42,070 nt of DNA from a virus (taxonomy: Duplodnaviria > Caudoviricetes): positions 1 to 42,070 of IMG/VR virus record IMGVR_UViG_3300045580_000043; one strand, 5' to 3'. A program made the translations under genes and the position numbers. A model generated the notes under the pieces. That model was not told where the DNA came from, did no database searches, and saw nothing but the letters and a program-made list of their open reading frames with translations. Shown here in pieces: positions 18,201 through 27,238 of the stretch (the stretch's first letter is position 1; the number at the start of each line of letters is the position of its first letter).

Positions 18201-20704
18201 CCGAACCTCTGCGCTCTGTCGGTGTATTCGGCCTCGACTTCGGCGCTCAGGAGCTTGCATGGCAAGGCAGTGTCGTTCACGATGGTGATGGTCGTGGTCG
18301 TGTTCCGCCCGTAGATGGGAAGCCTGAAGGTGCCTCGGTTCAGGTAGATCTGGTTCAGGATGTTCGATCCGACGATCAGGCCCGAGTAGTCGTACTGGTA
18401 CGCCGTCTCCGTGTCCGCTGCGACCTTGACCCTGAAGAAGGAGGTGTCCTCGTAGAGCAGAGAGAGGTTCCTGAGCTGGTAGCGTCCGCTCTGGAGTGCA
18501 GCCTCGCCCTGTCCGCTTCGGCCAGCCCTTCCCTGAAGCCAGATCTGCGAGAACTGGTACTTCATCTCGTACTTCAGGCCGACCCACACCTCCGCGGTCG
18601 AGTAGTCCCCACGAACCGAGATGGTTCCAGCGGTGTCGGACCCGAGGTTGTACGAGGTTCCAGACACGACCGTCAGGGCCGCTCCGTTGGGCGTATAGAC
18701 CGCGCTGAGGCCGGGGATGTACGAGTAGGGCTTCTCTAGGGTCCAAGTCGTGAGGCCCGTATTGGCATCGTAGGAGCCCGAATCGGCAAATGCCTTCTGA
18801 TCCAGATGCACCAGCCAGTTGGAGTCCTTGACCGTGGGCGCATCGTTCAGCGCGGTACCCAGAGGCATCTTCTCCAGCACGGGGATCTTGTTGTTGGTTC
18901 TGAGAACTAGAACATAAAGTTCCATGTCCACGAACTCGGCCCAGACGATCTCCGCAAATCCCCCTGTAGCGATGTCGGGGAACATGTACTTGAACCAAGC
19001 GGACTGGACCAGATTGTCCCCGCTCTTCAGGTACTTGTACATGTACAGCGTCCCGTCACTGACAACGGCGGCCATGTCATCCTGAGTCGTGGCAGTGGTG
19101 TGGACGGGCTTGCCGACGATGTAGCTGGGAACCACCTCGGTCGCCGTGGTGACCACATAGGAGCCGTCGATGTTCGGCTGCGGGATCATCTCCCTGACGC
19201 CAGCGAAGCCTCCTCCGCGGTTGTACGGGAAGAAGACGGACAGGCCCGAGGAGACGGGCTGGATGTCCGAGTAGTTCTCGTAGTCACCGACAGGCAGCAG
19301 AGCCACCGACTTCGGGCTGAGGATCTCCCCTCCACGCAGGACTAGCTGGCTGCTGTCGGTGAACAGGATCAGTTCGGTGTTGAACACCGTTCCAGACTTC
19401 AGCTTGCCGATCTTCGGACTGCTGGACGCGACATCGATGGGATCGGAGTCTGGCAGGTCGAGGACCGTGGTCCTCCAGAAGTTGAAGAACTCGGAGGTCT
19501 CGCTGAGGATGATGTTCTCATCGCTCAGGAAGCCAAGTCGGTTCTTGAACAGGACGATGTTGTTGATCTCGACCCCGACGAAGGAGGGATCGCTGTTCGT
19601 GTTGACATCCCCGACGAGGCGGTCGGCCCACTTGTACCCGCTGTAGTCTGCTCCAGCCGGAGCTGTGGGGGAAGCGGGAGTGATGCCATCGGCCCTCTTG
19701 AACAGGAAGGAGCCATCGGACTGCCTGATCAGGATGTGGGGCATCGTCGCGAAGTCGTAGAGGTACTTCGTGTTCGGCGCGATGGTCTCGGCCCAGACGC
19801 CTCTGGCGAAGCTCTGAGCTCCCTCCGTCTGGAACTTCACGAAGTAGTCATCGATCTCGCTCTCGGGAGCCCCGAGTACCTTGACGATGTAGTTGTTCGG
19901 GGCCGTGGATGGCAGGTCCTCGAAACGCTGGACCTTGTCCCTGATCAGGACCATCGCCTGACCGCCATAGTCATCCTCTACGGTGATGTTGAAGTCTTGG
20001 TTTCTGGTGATGTAGACAACGCTGTCCGTAGCCGTGGCCGCATAAGCAACCCCAACGCCATTACCGTTCAGATCCGCAGCAAGGTCGGTCGCCACATGAT
20101 CTGTTCCCGGAGCTCCCGAAGTCGCCTTGTGAGTGGCCACCAGAGGATTGGAACCATTGGCATCGGTTACGGTGATCGTGAAATCACGGTCTGCCGCGCT
20201 CTGCTTGATGTAGACAAGAGCCACCCGTGCATAGTTCACTGCTGTCGTGACTGAGGCGGAGAGTGCGGGTTTCTTTGAAGTGTTGACCACGAAGGTCACA
20301 TCTGCAACCGTTAGGGCCTTCAGCGATGCACGGGTGGCGTTTACGAGGTAGTCCTGCGAATTAGCTCCGTAGTGGACGGTCTTCTTGGTTCCGTCCAGAC
20401 CGTAGACCTCGATCCGGCAGTCCGCCGCAGTCGCCGCGGGGCGGATGAAGACGAAGAACTTCTCCGTCGAGTCCCTGACGATCAGGTGTGGCTTGACGTT
20501 GGTCGAGCTGATGGCCGTGTACAGGGTGTTGGATGCGTTTCGGATCTCGGCGACCTTGGAGGTCGGGGAACGCTTCACAAGGCCCTCGATGGGGCTGGGG
20601 AAGGCGTTCACCATGTCCTCGCACTGGTTCACACTCCTGATCGCCGGAGCCTGTTGACTGACTCCTCCGATGAGGTTCGGGATCGACTGGGTGATCAGGG
20701 GCAT
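18197..20704 (-). CDS. gp12: Tail tubular protein B (nozzle)
   Basis: QSIPNLIGGVSQQ, RLVGDVNTNSDPSFVG, FKNRLGFLS, FFNFWRTTV, VQSAWFK. Confidence 0.96.
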   Translation of the reverse strand: MPLITQSIPNLIGGVSQQAPAIRSVNQCEDMVNAFPSPIEGLVKRSPTSKVAEIRNASNTLYTAISSTNVKPHLIVRDSTEKFFVFIRPAATAADCRIEVYGLDGTKKTVHYGANSQDYLVNATRASLKALTVADVTFVVNTSKKPALSASVTTAVNYARVALVYIKQSAADRDFTITVTDANGSNPLVATHKATSGAPGTDHVATDLAADLNGNGVGVAYAATATDSVVYITRNQDFNITVEDDYGGQAMVLIRDKVQRFEDLPSTAPNNYIVKVLGAPESEIDDYFVKFQTEGAQSFARGVWAETIAPNTKYLYDFATMPHILIRQSDGSFLFKRADGITPASPTAPAGADYSGYKWADRLVGDVNTNSDPSFVGVEINNIVLFKNRLGFLSDENIILSETSEFFNFWRTTVLDLPDSDPIDVASSSPKIGKLKSGTVFNTELILFTDSSQLVLRGGEILSPKSVALLPVGDYENYSDIQPVSSGLSVFFPYNRGGGFAGVREMIPQPNIDGSYVVTTATEVVPSYIVGKPVHTTATTQDDMAAVVSDGTLYMYKYLKSGDNLVQSAWFKYMFPDIATGGFAEIVWAEFVDMELYVLVLRTNNKIPVLEKMPLGTALNDAPTVKDSNWLVHLDQKAFADSGSYDANTGLTTWTLEKPYSYIPGLSAVYTPNGAALTVVSGTSYNLGSDTAGTISVRGDYSTAEVWVGLKYEMKYQFSQIWLQGRAGRSGQGEAALQSGRYQLRNLSLLYEDTSFFRVKVAADTETAYQYDYSGLIVGSNILNQIYLNRGTFRLPIYGRNTTTTITIVNDTALPCKLLSAEVEAEYTDRAQRFG

Positions 20705-21297
20705 CAGATCGTCCTGTACGAGGAGTTGCGGTTGACCACGCTGGCCACGCTGTACTCATCGAAGATGCTGTGGTCCGCGGTGTCGTTCTCGTACTCCCTC
20801 ATGCGGGCGAGGGCCAGCATCTCGTCCTGCCCGGTGAACATGTGGTGCTTCTCGGAGCCGACCATCCGGTCGCCGAAGATGCGCGAGGCGCGGATCATGA
20901 CGTACCTGCGGGCCTGTTCTGGCATGTCCTCGAAATCCAGCATCACCACCCGGCTCACGACGAGAGATGAGGTGAAGACGGAGGAGTTGGTCACGCGGTC
21001 GTACAGCATGTTCCCGCGAAGGGTGATGTCCAGATCCGTGTACCGCGATGGATCCGTGTCCACGCGGGAGACATTGTCGGAGACGAGGATGTTCCCGTTG
21101 GTGTCGGGGGCCAGCGTGACGTTGTTCTCGGTGTTGAAGTGCCAGCCATACGACTGCACCTCCCTGCTGACCTCGTCAAGGATCTGCTCGGCGATGTTGC
21201 TGTCTGCCCGCTGTGAGTTCAGTGTGTTGATCGGGGGTTCCCCGATTGCCGACAGCATCGTGTTGATCGCTTGGAGCTTCGTTGTCTTGGCCAGCAT
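20704..21297 (-). CDS. gp11: Tail tubular protein A (adaptor)
   Basis: LQAINTMLSAIGEPPINTL, VQSYGWHFNTE, FEDMPEQARRY. Confidence 0.96.
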   Translation of the reverse strand: MLAKTTKLQAINTMLSAIGEPPINTLNSQRADSNIAEQILDEVSREVQSYGWHFNTENNVTLAPDTNGNILVSDNVSRVDTDPSRYTDLDITLRGNMLYDRVTNSSVFTSSLVVSRVVMLDFEDMPEQARRYVMIRASRIFGDRMVGSEKHHMFTGQDEMLALARMREYENDTADHSIFDEYSVASVVNRNSSYRTI

Positions 21298-21309
21298 TTG
21301 AACCTCGGT

Positions 21310-21345
21310 AAATGGGCGGTGAGCTCCTTGAGGAACCCACCGCCC
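21310..21345 (-). terminator. Post-capsid hairpin (T-phi-like position)
   Basis: GGGCGGTGGGTTCC-TCAA-GGAGCTCACCGCCC 14-bp stem followed by only ATTT. Confidence 0.65.
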
Positions 21346-21379
21346 TTGTGTTGTGTGTCAGCCTTCCGGCTGGTCAGGA

Positions 21380-22507
21380 TCACGCTGCGTCGATGAACTC
21401 GTAGCAGCACTCCTCGCGGAGGATGCCGTGACCCATCGCGTACTTGGCCAGCATGAGCGTACCGAGACGCTCCATGACGTACTCGCTCTCGACCGAGAGG
21501 TCCATCAGCTTCACCGTGCCGACCGCGTCGGTCTGGAAGGCGATGCCCTTGGTCAGGGAGTAGTTGAGGCCCGAGTAGCCAGTGTTAGCGCCCGAGAGGT
21601 CGTTCTTGATTCCCGCAGCGCCGTGGAGAGGAGACTCAGTCGAGGACTCGTCAGCAGTCGGGATGTGGTTCGACTTCAGGATGCGGATGCCAGCGACCTC
21701 GGCCACCATGCCCCGCGAGAGGCTGCCGTCACCGCCGTAGTCCTTGTTGATCGCAACGCCGATCTTCGTGCCATCGCCAGTGATGAGCTTGTAGTACATC
21801 TCGGGCGTGAAGATCGCATAGCGACCGTCCATGGGGACGTTCTTCTCGTCCATGAGCTGCGCGACCTTGTAGATCGCCATGACCAGCTCCTCAGCGGTGA
21901 TGGTCGCGTCTCCACCGGAGACATCGACCTGAGAGCCGAGGTACTGGGTCGAAACACCAGAGGCGACACCGTAGCGGTCGGTGGTCTTGCGGGCACCAGC
22001 GATGACCGTGCGGATCAGGTTCTTGTCGGCGGCGTAGGCGAGGGCACGACCGATCTCACGCGAGTAGGTCGAGCGCACGTCATAGTGGTTCTTCATCTCA
22101 TCGATGTCGGCCACGAAGACGGAGCTGAGGAGAACGTCATCGATGTAGATGAGCTTCTCGTTGTGCTTGAACCGCTGGAGGTACTTGCTGGTCGTGCCAC
22201 CGTCGAAGGCAACGGTCATGTTCGCAGCCGTGCTGTTTGCGGAAGTGGTGCTGCCGTAGCCCGTGGTCGCACCCGTGCTGAGGACCGACTCACCGGGGGT
22301 GTGGTAGGCCGCTCCGGCAACGCCAGTGACCGCGAAGGTCGCGACCTTGCCGCTGCTGATGGTGCGGGTCTTCGTGAGGGGAAGCATGAGGTTCGCTTCC
22401 TCGAAGCTGGCGATGATCTCGCCGCTGAAGACCTTGAGGAACAGGTTGTCTGCGTCACCAGCCAGATTGACCTGACCGAGACGGGATGGGGTTGACTGAA
22501 TTGCCAT
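21380..22507 (-). CDS. gp10: Major capsid protein
   Basis: LFLKVFSGEI, RTISSGK, HYDVRSTYSREIGRALA, KYAMGHGILR. Confidence 0.97.
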   Translation of the reverse strand: MAIQSTPSRLGQVNLAGDADNLFLKVFSGEIIASFEEANLMLPLTKTRTISSGKVATFAVTGVAGAAYHTPGESVLSTGATTGYGSTTSANSTAANMTVAFDGGTTSKYLQRFKHNEKLIYIDDVLLSSVFVADIDEMKNHYDVRSTYSREIGRALAYAADKNLIRTVIAGARKTTDRYGVASGVSTQYLGSQVDVSGGDATITAEELVMAIYKVAQLMDEKNVPMDGRYAIFTPEMYYKLITGDGTKIGVAINKDYGGDGSLSRGMVAEVAGIRILKSNHIPTADESSTESPLHGAAGIKNDLSGANTGYSGLNYSLTKGIAFQTDAVGTVKLMDLSVESEYVMERLGTLMLAKYAMGHGILREECCYEFIDAA

Positions 22508-22615
22508 TGCTTGAGTTTCCTAGAGAGAGAGTTGCGTGTACAAGTCTTGACCTGTAGGCGCTACTCTTGAGGTTATCCCACGCATGGGGCCACAACTCGC
22601 CACCCGTTCCACCCG

Positions 22616-22858
22616 TCAAGAAGATGGAACTTCCTTAGACTCATCTTCATCCACGAAGCGGGGAGGTACGCAGTACCAGCCCTCTGGGATGGTGACTTGG
22701 TTGTCACTCAGGGTCCACTCGCCGTTGATCAGCAGGTAGACCTTGGCCTTCACGTTGGGTCCCATCCTGATCGGGCTTGCCTCCGGAATGAACACGGCTC
22801 TGCTGCACCCACTGGCGGATCCGAGAGCCAGCACGGCGCAGAAGAACAGGATCACGGT
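22616..22858 (-). CDS. Putative lipoprotein (o-spanin/Rz1-like); start uncertain
   Basis: Hydrophobic VILFFCAVLALGS followed by lipobox-like ASGC and a short Pro-containing tail. Confidence 0.55.
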   Translation of the reverse strand, partial: TVILFFCAVLALGSASGCSRAVFIPEASPIRMGPNVKAKVYLLINGEWTLSDNQVTIPEGWYCVPPRFVDEDESKEVPSS

Positions 22859-22946
22859 CAGCAGAAATCGCAGTACGGGTGAACTGGTAAGCCCTGACCA
22901 GAGACTCCAGAATCCCGATGATGATCGACTTGACGAACCCATTCAC
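22704..22946 (-). CDS. Hypothetical protein overlapping the lipoprotein gene (possible i-spanin)
   Basis: GTG start overlapping the holin-like stop (GTGA); MNGFVKSIIIGILESLV. Confidence 0.4.
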   Translation of the reverse strand: MNGFVKSIIIGILESLVRAYQFTRTAISADRDPVLLRRAGSRIRQWVQQSRVHSGGKPDQDGTQREGQGLPADQRRVDPE

Positions 22947-23140
22947 TTCGCCCCGGCCTCTTCGCTGGAGACGTTGTTGTCCCGTGCGAGGATCAGGCCG
23001 ATGCCAGCCATGATCGCACTGGCGGTCACGGCCACATCGAGCGTGGTATTCGGGTCGTTGTCGAAGAGTGCGGTGAGAGCTGCGCCGACTGCGGTCAGGA
23101 TCGCGGCAACTCCGGTAACGGTGGTCTTCCAAGACTTCAT
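22943..23140 (-). CDS. Small two-TM membrane protein, holin-like
   Basis: MKSWKTTVTGVAAIL...AIMAGIGLILARD; AAGGAG RBS. Confidence 0.7.
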   Translation of the reverse strand: MKSWKTTVTGVAAILTAVGAALTALFDNDPNTTLDVAVTASAIMAGIGLILARDNNVSSEEAGAK

Positions 23141-23149
23141 CTGTGCTCC

Positions 23150-23908
23150 TTAGCGAGAGGTGGTGTTCATGACGTTGCTGTTCTTGAGACGGTTCTCGAC
23201 ATCGCGGCGGTAGGCGGGATCCTTGGTGTAGCGGGGATCGCGCATGGCGGCGGTGACCTCCGCGATGCTCCGGAACGCCCCGCCAGAGGGACCAGAGGTG
23301 TCTCCCTGAACGAGCTTGGACGGCTGGCCGTTCATCTGGATGTAGCGGGCCTGAAGACCCTTGACGGCCATCTGGCGGGCTCCCTGAGTGCCTGACTCCA
23401 TGATCTCGTTGAATGAGTCGATCTCGGCCTCATCGAGGTTCTCCGAGGCCCACTCCATCATGCCTCCGTACTGCTCCTCGCCACCGACCAGAGAGTAGAT
23501 CTGCTGGGTCTGCTTCTCGGAGATGGCCGAGATGCCCTCAAGGTAGTTGTTGACCACGCTCTCGGGAATGCCCATGGCGGCCAGCTTCTGGACGCTCTCC
23601 GCAGAGAGCTCTCCAGTCTCCTCGTACTCCTTGGCGAAGGCGTCGAGAGTCAAGTTCCCCTGAGGACCAGCGTCAGCCTTCGGGATGGCCGTTGTCGGCT
23701 TCTCGGAGGGGGTTGAGAAACGCTTCTCCAGTTCGGAGTATGCCTTGGCAAGATCCTCAGGGGACTTGAACTTCTCGGGAAGCCACTGGGGACGCTCCTC
23801 GGGTGCCGGAGTGTCCACGGTTTCCGCGTTCTGGTCGGCGATGGCCTTCTGCATGGCCTCGTCAACGGGTGCTTCCTTGGTGATCGTGATCGACTGATGG
23901 GTGCTCAT
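23150..23908 (-). CDS. gp9: Capsid scaffolding protein
   Basis: ERPQWLPEKFKSPEDLAKAYSELEK, VGGEEQY, AMRDPRYTKDPAYR. Confidence 0.95.
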   Translation of the reverse strand: MSTHQSITITKEAPVDEAMQKAIADQNAETVDTPAPEERPQWLPEKFKSPEDLAKAYSELEKRFSTPSEKPTTAIPKADAGPQGNLTLDAFAKEYEETGELSAESVQKLAAMGIPESVVNNYLEGISAISEKQTQQIYSLVGGEEQYGGMMEWASENLDEAEIDSFNEIMESGTQGARQMAVKGLQARYIQMNGQPSKLVQGDTSGPSGGAFRSIAEVTAAMRDPRYTKDPAYRRDVENRLKNSNVMNTTSR

Positions 23909-25434
23909 TGCTGGTTCTTCATGTTGGCCTCAAGCAGACTCGTTCCGCTGCTGAGGGCTTGGTTTCCATGCTGCGCGAGTAGCTGCATCTGCATGGCTTG
24001 CTGCTGCTCCATCTGGAGCTGCTCTTCGGACTTTACCAGTCCCGCCGTCTCGATGCCCAGTGCAGCGGCTCGGCGGTTCAGGTATTCGCGGACATCGATG
24101 TACTGCTGGAGCATCTGTGGTCCAAGCAGCTGACCGATGCCCTGTAGGTAGACATCGAGGCGGTTCAGGTCGTTACCTCGGCCAAGTGCGTCGATTCCCG
24201 TGACAATCGTGGGAGTGACGAAGTCCTTCGGGAGCTTCGGCATCCGCTTGCTCTTGGTCAGGCGGTCGATGATGCGGGCAACCAGAGGAAGCTGGAACTC
24301 CTGCGAGAGGATGGAGTAGATGCCTCCCAGCTGGCGCTCGATGCTCTGGGTGACCAGACGGACCTCCTCCGCGGTGACCCGTTCGGCGTTGCGGATGGTC
24401 GCCTCGGTCAGCAGGAAGGCGTAGCTCAGGCGCTCGTTGATGGTGTTCATCGTCTGCATGGCCACCATCAGATCCCCGCCCTTGTTGGCCTGAAGCACGG
24501 TCACGTCTGCCGCGTTGCCTTCTCGGATCGCTCCGTTGGGTGCCTGAGCCAGAGTCTTGGCTCGGGTGGTTCCGGTTGGATTGACGAGGAACAGAAGCTT
24601 CGAGGAAGCCGCTGCGGCCTCCACGATGCTCTTGGACAGGCTCTCCAGCGAGATGAGGTCTCCGAGGTACTGCTCCACATAGGAGCGCCCGTAGTCCTCG
24701 CCGTCCACGCGGTTCATGCGGAGAGCGAGGAACGGAGACTGCTCCACCGGGTAGACGCCGTAGGAGTCGGGGATGATCTCGCCTTCGACCTCTTGGTAGA
24801 TCTCGACACGGTCTCCCATGCGCTTGCAGCAGGTGTAGATGTCCACCGTGTTGTCGTGGCTGCACATGCAAGCCTTGACGAACGGCTGGATCTCCTCTGG
24901 TAGAACGGCTGGGGCCACCGTTTCCTTGATGATGATCATCTTCGCCGTGCCCATCGGGTCGCGCTTGACCACGAAGCGGTCCAGCTTGATGACCCGCATG
25001 GGCCCGTCATCGGGGAAGTAGAGGACCACCGAGCCACAGACGATCAGCTGCTTCAGGCACTCGAACAGGTTGCTTCGGATTCCCTGACTCTCGATCTCCT
25101 TCTGGATCCGCCGCTCAAGATCGGACAGGCTGGCCTCGACCTCGCCCTTGGCGTTCGGAGACAAAGCCATCAGCTTGGCCTGTGCCTTGCTGTCCAGAAC
25201 GAAGCGGAAGAAGGGAGCGTTGGGCGGAAGCAGGGACAGGAGGAGAGCCGAAGCCAGATTATTAACGCCCCGCGCACCTACCGACTGGTACGGGGTCGGA
25301 AGCCGCTGCGCGGACTGGTCCCCGTCATCGGTCATCAGATGCGGCAGCGTCAGCCGTGAGCAGTCCCGCGCCCTCTGTAGGTAGGCATCGCGGAACGTCT
25401 CCATCATCTGGTACTTCGACTTCATCGTCTCCAT
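23905..25434 (-). CDS. gp8: Portal (head-tail connector)
   Basis: PYQSVGARGVNNLAS, GEDYGRSYVE, RNAERVTAEEVR, LSQEFQLP. Confidence 0.97.
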   Translation of the reverse strand: METMKSKYQMMETFRDAYLQRARDCSRLTLPHLMTDDGDQSAQRLPTPYQSVGARGVNNLASALLLSLLPPNAPFFRFVLDSKAQAKLMALSPNAKGEVEASLSDLERRIQKEIESQGIRSNLFECLKQLIVCGSVVLYFPDDGPMRVIKLDRFVVKRDPMGTAKMIIIKETVAPAVLPEEIQPFVKACMCSHDNTVDIYTCCKRMGDRVEIYQEVEGEIIPDSYGVYPVEQSPFLALRMNRVDGEDYGRSYVEQYLGDLISLESLSKSIVEAAAASSKLLFLVNPTGTTRAKTLAQAPNGAIREGNAADVTVLQANKGGDLMVAMQTMNTINERLSYAFLLTEATIRNAERVTAEEVRLVTQSIERQLGGIYSILSQEFQLPLVARIIDRLTKSKRMPKLPKDFVTPTIVTGIDALGRGNDLNRLDVYLQGIGQLLGPQMLQQYIDVREYLNRRAAALGIETAGLVKSEEQLQMEQQQAMQMQLLAQHGNQALSSGTSLLEANMKNQQ

Positions 25435-25437
25435 TGG

Positions 25438-25638
25438 TCAGCTCCCCGGCATGTTGACGTTGCTCTGCGGAATGGTCAGCGCCCGCTTGCCCTTCTTGCG
25501 GTAAGTCGTGTTGGCCGGACGGGCCGGAGCAGGGGTGCTCTGGAGCATCATCGGGGCCGACATGTTGATCTGCGGAGCTGGGGGAAGCTGGACTGGGGCG
25601 GGCTGCTGCGGCGTGTAACCGCGACCTCCGATGCACAT
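25438..25638 (-). CDS. Small virion protein (gp6.7/gp7.3-like position)
   Basis: MCIGG start, Pro-rich, KKGKRALTI; directly before portal. Confidence 0.7.
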   Translation of the reverse strand: MCIGGRGYTPQQPAPVQLPPAPQINMSAPMMLQSTPAPARPANTTYRKKGKRALTIPQSNVNMPGS

Positions 25639-25643
25639 GGCTG

Positions 25644-25838
25644 CTACTCCGAATTCTGTTCGTTGTAAATCTCGCGGAGCATCCGCACGATGGAACGCAT
25701 ACCCGCGTAGAAGAAGATCTCCCGCTCATGCATGGGGATGTCGGGGCACTTCTCCGGGATCTCCGCCTCAAGCTTGACCAACAGGCTCAAGGGAATCGGA
25801 GGAAATTCTCCGTCCTTAAACTCATTCAAGGAACTCAC
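25644..25838 (-). CDS. Conserved podophage hypothetical protein
   Basis: L..LE...P.KCPD...REIFFYAGMRSIVRML; GGAGGTG near the start. Confidence 0.65.
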   Translation of the reverse strand: MSSLNEFKDGEFPPIPLSLLVKLEAEIPEKCPDIPMHEREIFFYAGMRSIVRMLREIYNEQNSE

Positions 25839-26178
25839 CTCCCGAAGCCTCCTTGTCCTTACGCTCCGTGTGGATGGCGTAGAAGATCACGATGTAGTTG
25901 ATGATGTCGAGGACGGTGTCGAGAACCTTCTCATCGTCCACCTCGTACTTGCGGTTGGAATCAGCAAGGGTGTTGAGGCGGGAGATCTTGTCGCTGAGAC
26001 GGACAAGGACACCAGTCTCCGTCTTGCATAGTCCCAGTTCCTCGCACTTGATGAAGTTGAGGAAGGCGTGAGTCGCATCCTGACCGCCGCTGTAGTCGTG
26101 GTTCTTGCGTCTGGAAAGAGCACGGGCTTGATCGCAGAGCTTCTCATGGATTTCCATCAGTTCTTCTCGGGTCGCCAC
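25822..26178 (-). CDS. DUF1599/Nmad1-like nucleotide-modification-associated protein
   Basis: KNHDYSG, NF, VRLSDKISRL, DTVLDIINY. Confidence 0.7.
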   Translation of the reverse strand: MATREELMEIHEKLCDQARALSRRKNHDYSGGQDATHAFLNFIKCEELGLCKTETGVLVRLSDKISRLNTLADSNRKYEVDDEKVLDTVLDIINYIVIFYAIHTERKDKEASGGEFLE

Positions 26179-26921
26179 AGTTTGACCTCCTTTGTGTCTT
26201 TGTCGTACTCGCCATCCCGAAGGATCCGAGCCATCTGTGCCTGAATCACCGCATACTCGGCGGAGAACCCGCTTGCCTCATAGGCCACCTGAACGGTCTC
26301 CCATGTGGCTCCGTTCTTGGACAGGAGCTTCTCAGCTCCGACCGGGCCGACACCCTCAAGGCCGGGGTAGCCATCCGACTTGTCCCCCACTAGGGTCTGC
26401 ATGAGCCAGTTGCGGTCGGCCTGTTCCTTGGTCTGGAAGGTGAAGCCGTCCGTGTCGGGGTTGTAGAGCCACCCCGGTATGGTCCTGAAGTCCTTGTCGG
26501 TGGAGATCATCAGCGAGGAGATGCCGTACTTCAGGCAGGACGTGTGGTGGATACCGACGAGATCGTCGGCCTCCAGCCCATCCTCCACGATGACCTGATG
26601 GTTGTTGTCGAGCAGTCCCTTGAGGGCGGCGTATCCAGCGGGTTTCCTGACCTTCTTTCGGTGAGCCTTGTACTCGGGGTAGATCGCCTTGCGGAAGTTG
26701 CCCTTGCCAGTGAAGTAGATGGTCAGGTCTCCCTTGCCCATCGCCTTGTACTTGGCTAGGGCAGCCTCGGCCATCCCTAGTGCCTCGTTGATGTTGCAGA
26801 ACACCACGTCGAGATCGTCATCGAACCTAGCGCAGTACTCGCAAGCCGAGCAGATGCCGTAGATCAGGATGTCTCCGTCGATGTGGATCCTGTCGAACTT
26901 CTCTGGAAGTGGTTCAGTCAT
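26157..26921 (-). CDS. gp6: 5'-3' exonuclease
   Basis: IDGDIL, NFRKAIYPEYKAHR, LEADD, DKDFRTIPG, GDKSDGYPGLEGVG. Confidence 0.95.
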   Translation of the reverse strand: MTEPLPEKFDRIHIDGDILIYGICSACEYCARFDDDLDVVFCNINEALGMAEAALAKYKAMGKGDLTIYFTGKGNFRKAIYPEYKAHRKKVRKPAGYAALKGLLDNNHQVIVEDGLEADDLVGIHHTSCLKYGISSLMISTDKDFRTIPGWLYNPDTDGFTFQTKEQADRNWLMQTLVGDKSDGYPGLEGVGPVGAEKLLSKNGATWETVQVAYEASGFSAEYAVIQAQMARILRDGEYDKDTKEVKLWRPEKN

Positions 26922-27036
26922 CGTTCTTCCTCAACTCACGCAGGGTATTCCATGATCCGATCAGGTAGCCGAAGGCGAACAAGCAGAAAGCTTGGAAGAA
27001 GCAGAACGCTAGAAACGCGATTGGCAAGTCACTCAT
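26914..27036 (-). CDS. 40-aa single-TM membrane protein
   Basis: MSDLPIAFLAFCFFQAFCLFAFGYLIGSWNTLRELRKNDD fills the gap and overlaps both neighbours; below the ORF-track cutoff. Confidence 0.55.
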   Translation of the reverse strand: MSDLPIAFLAFCFFQAFCLFAFGYLIGSWNTLRELRKNDD

Positions 27037-27238
27037 CTGCTGCCACCTCTGCCATCCTCATGGCCATGTTGGCGAGACCCATGACCTCATGGAGCTCGGC
27101 GTTCGTAGCGCAGTGGTAGTCGGTGCGCTTGTTCGTGCTGTTCTTGTACCCGATGAAGAGCATCTGGTCGTAGCGGACCTTGAGCTCCCTGAGCAGGTCT
27201 TCGGTCGCGGTGAATGCCAACGGATTGTCTTCGGTCAT
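27029..27238 (-). CDS. Hypothetical protein
   Basis: TGATG-coupled to the DNA polymerase stop; MTEDNPLAF. Confidence 0.7.
   Translation of the reverse strand: MTEDNPLAFTATEDLLRELKVRYDQMLFIGYKNSTNKRTDYHCATNAELHEVMGLANMAMRMAEVAADE

Noticed and set aside
21300-21400. T7 10B-like capsid frameshift extension
   Set aside because: No clear slippery site, and only about 80 nt containing a hairpin separate capsid from gp11
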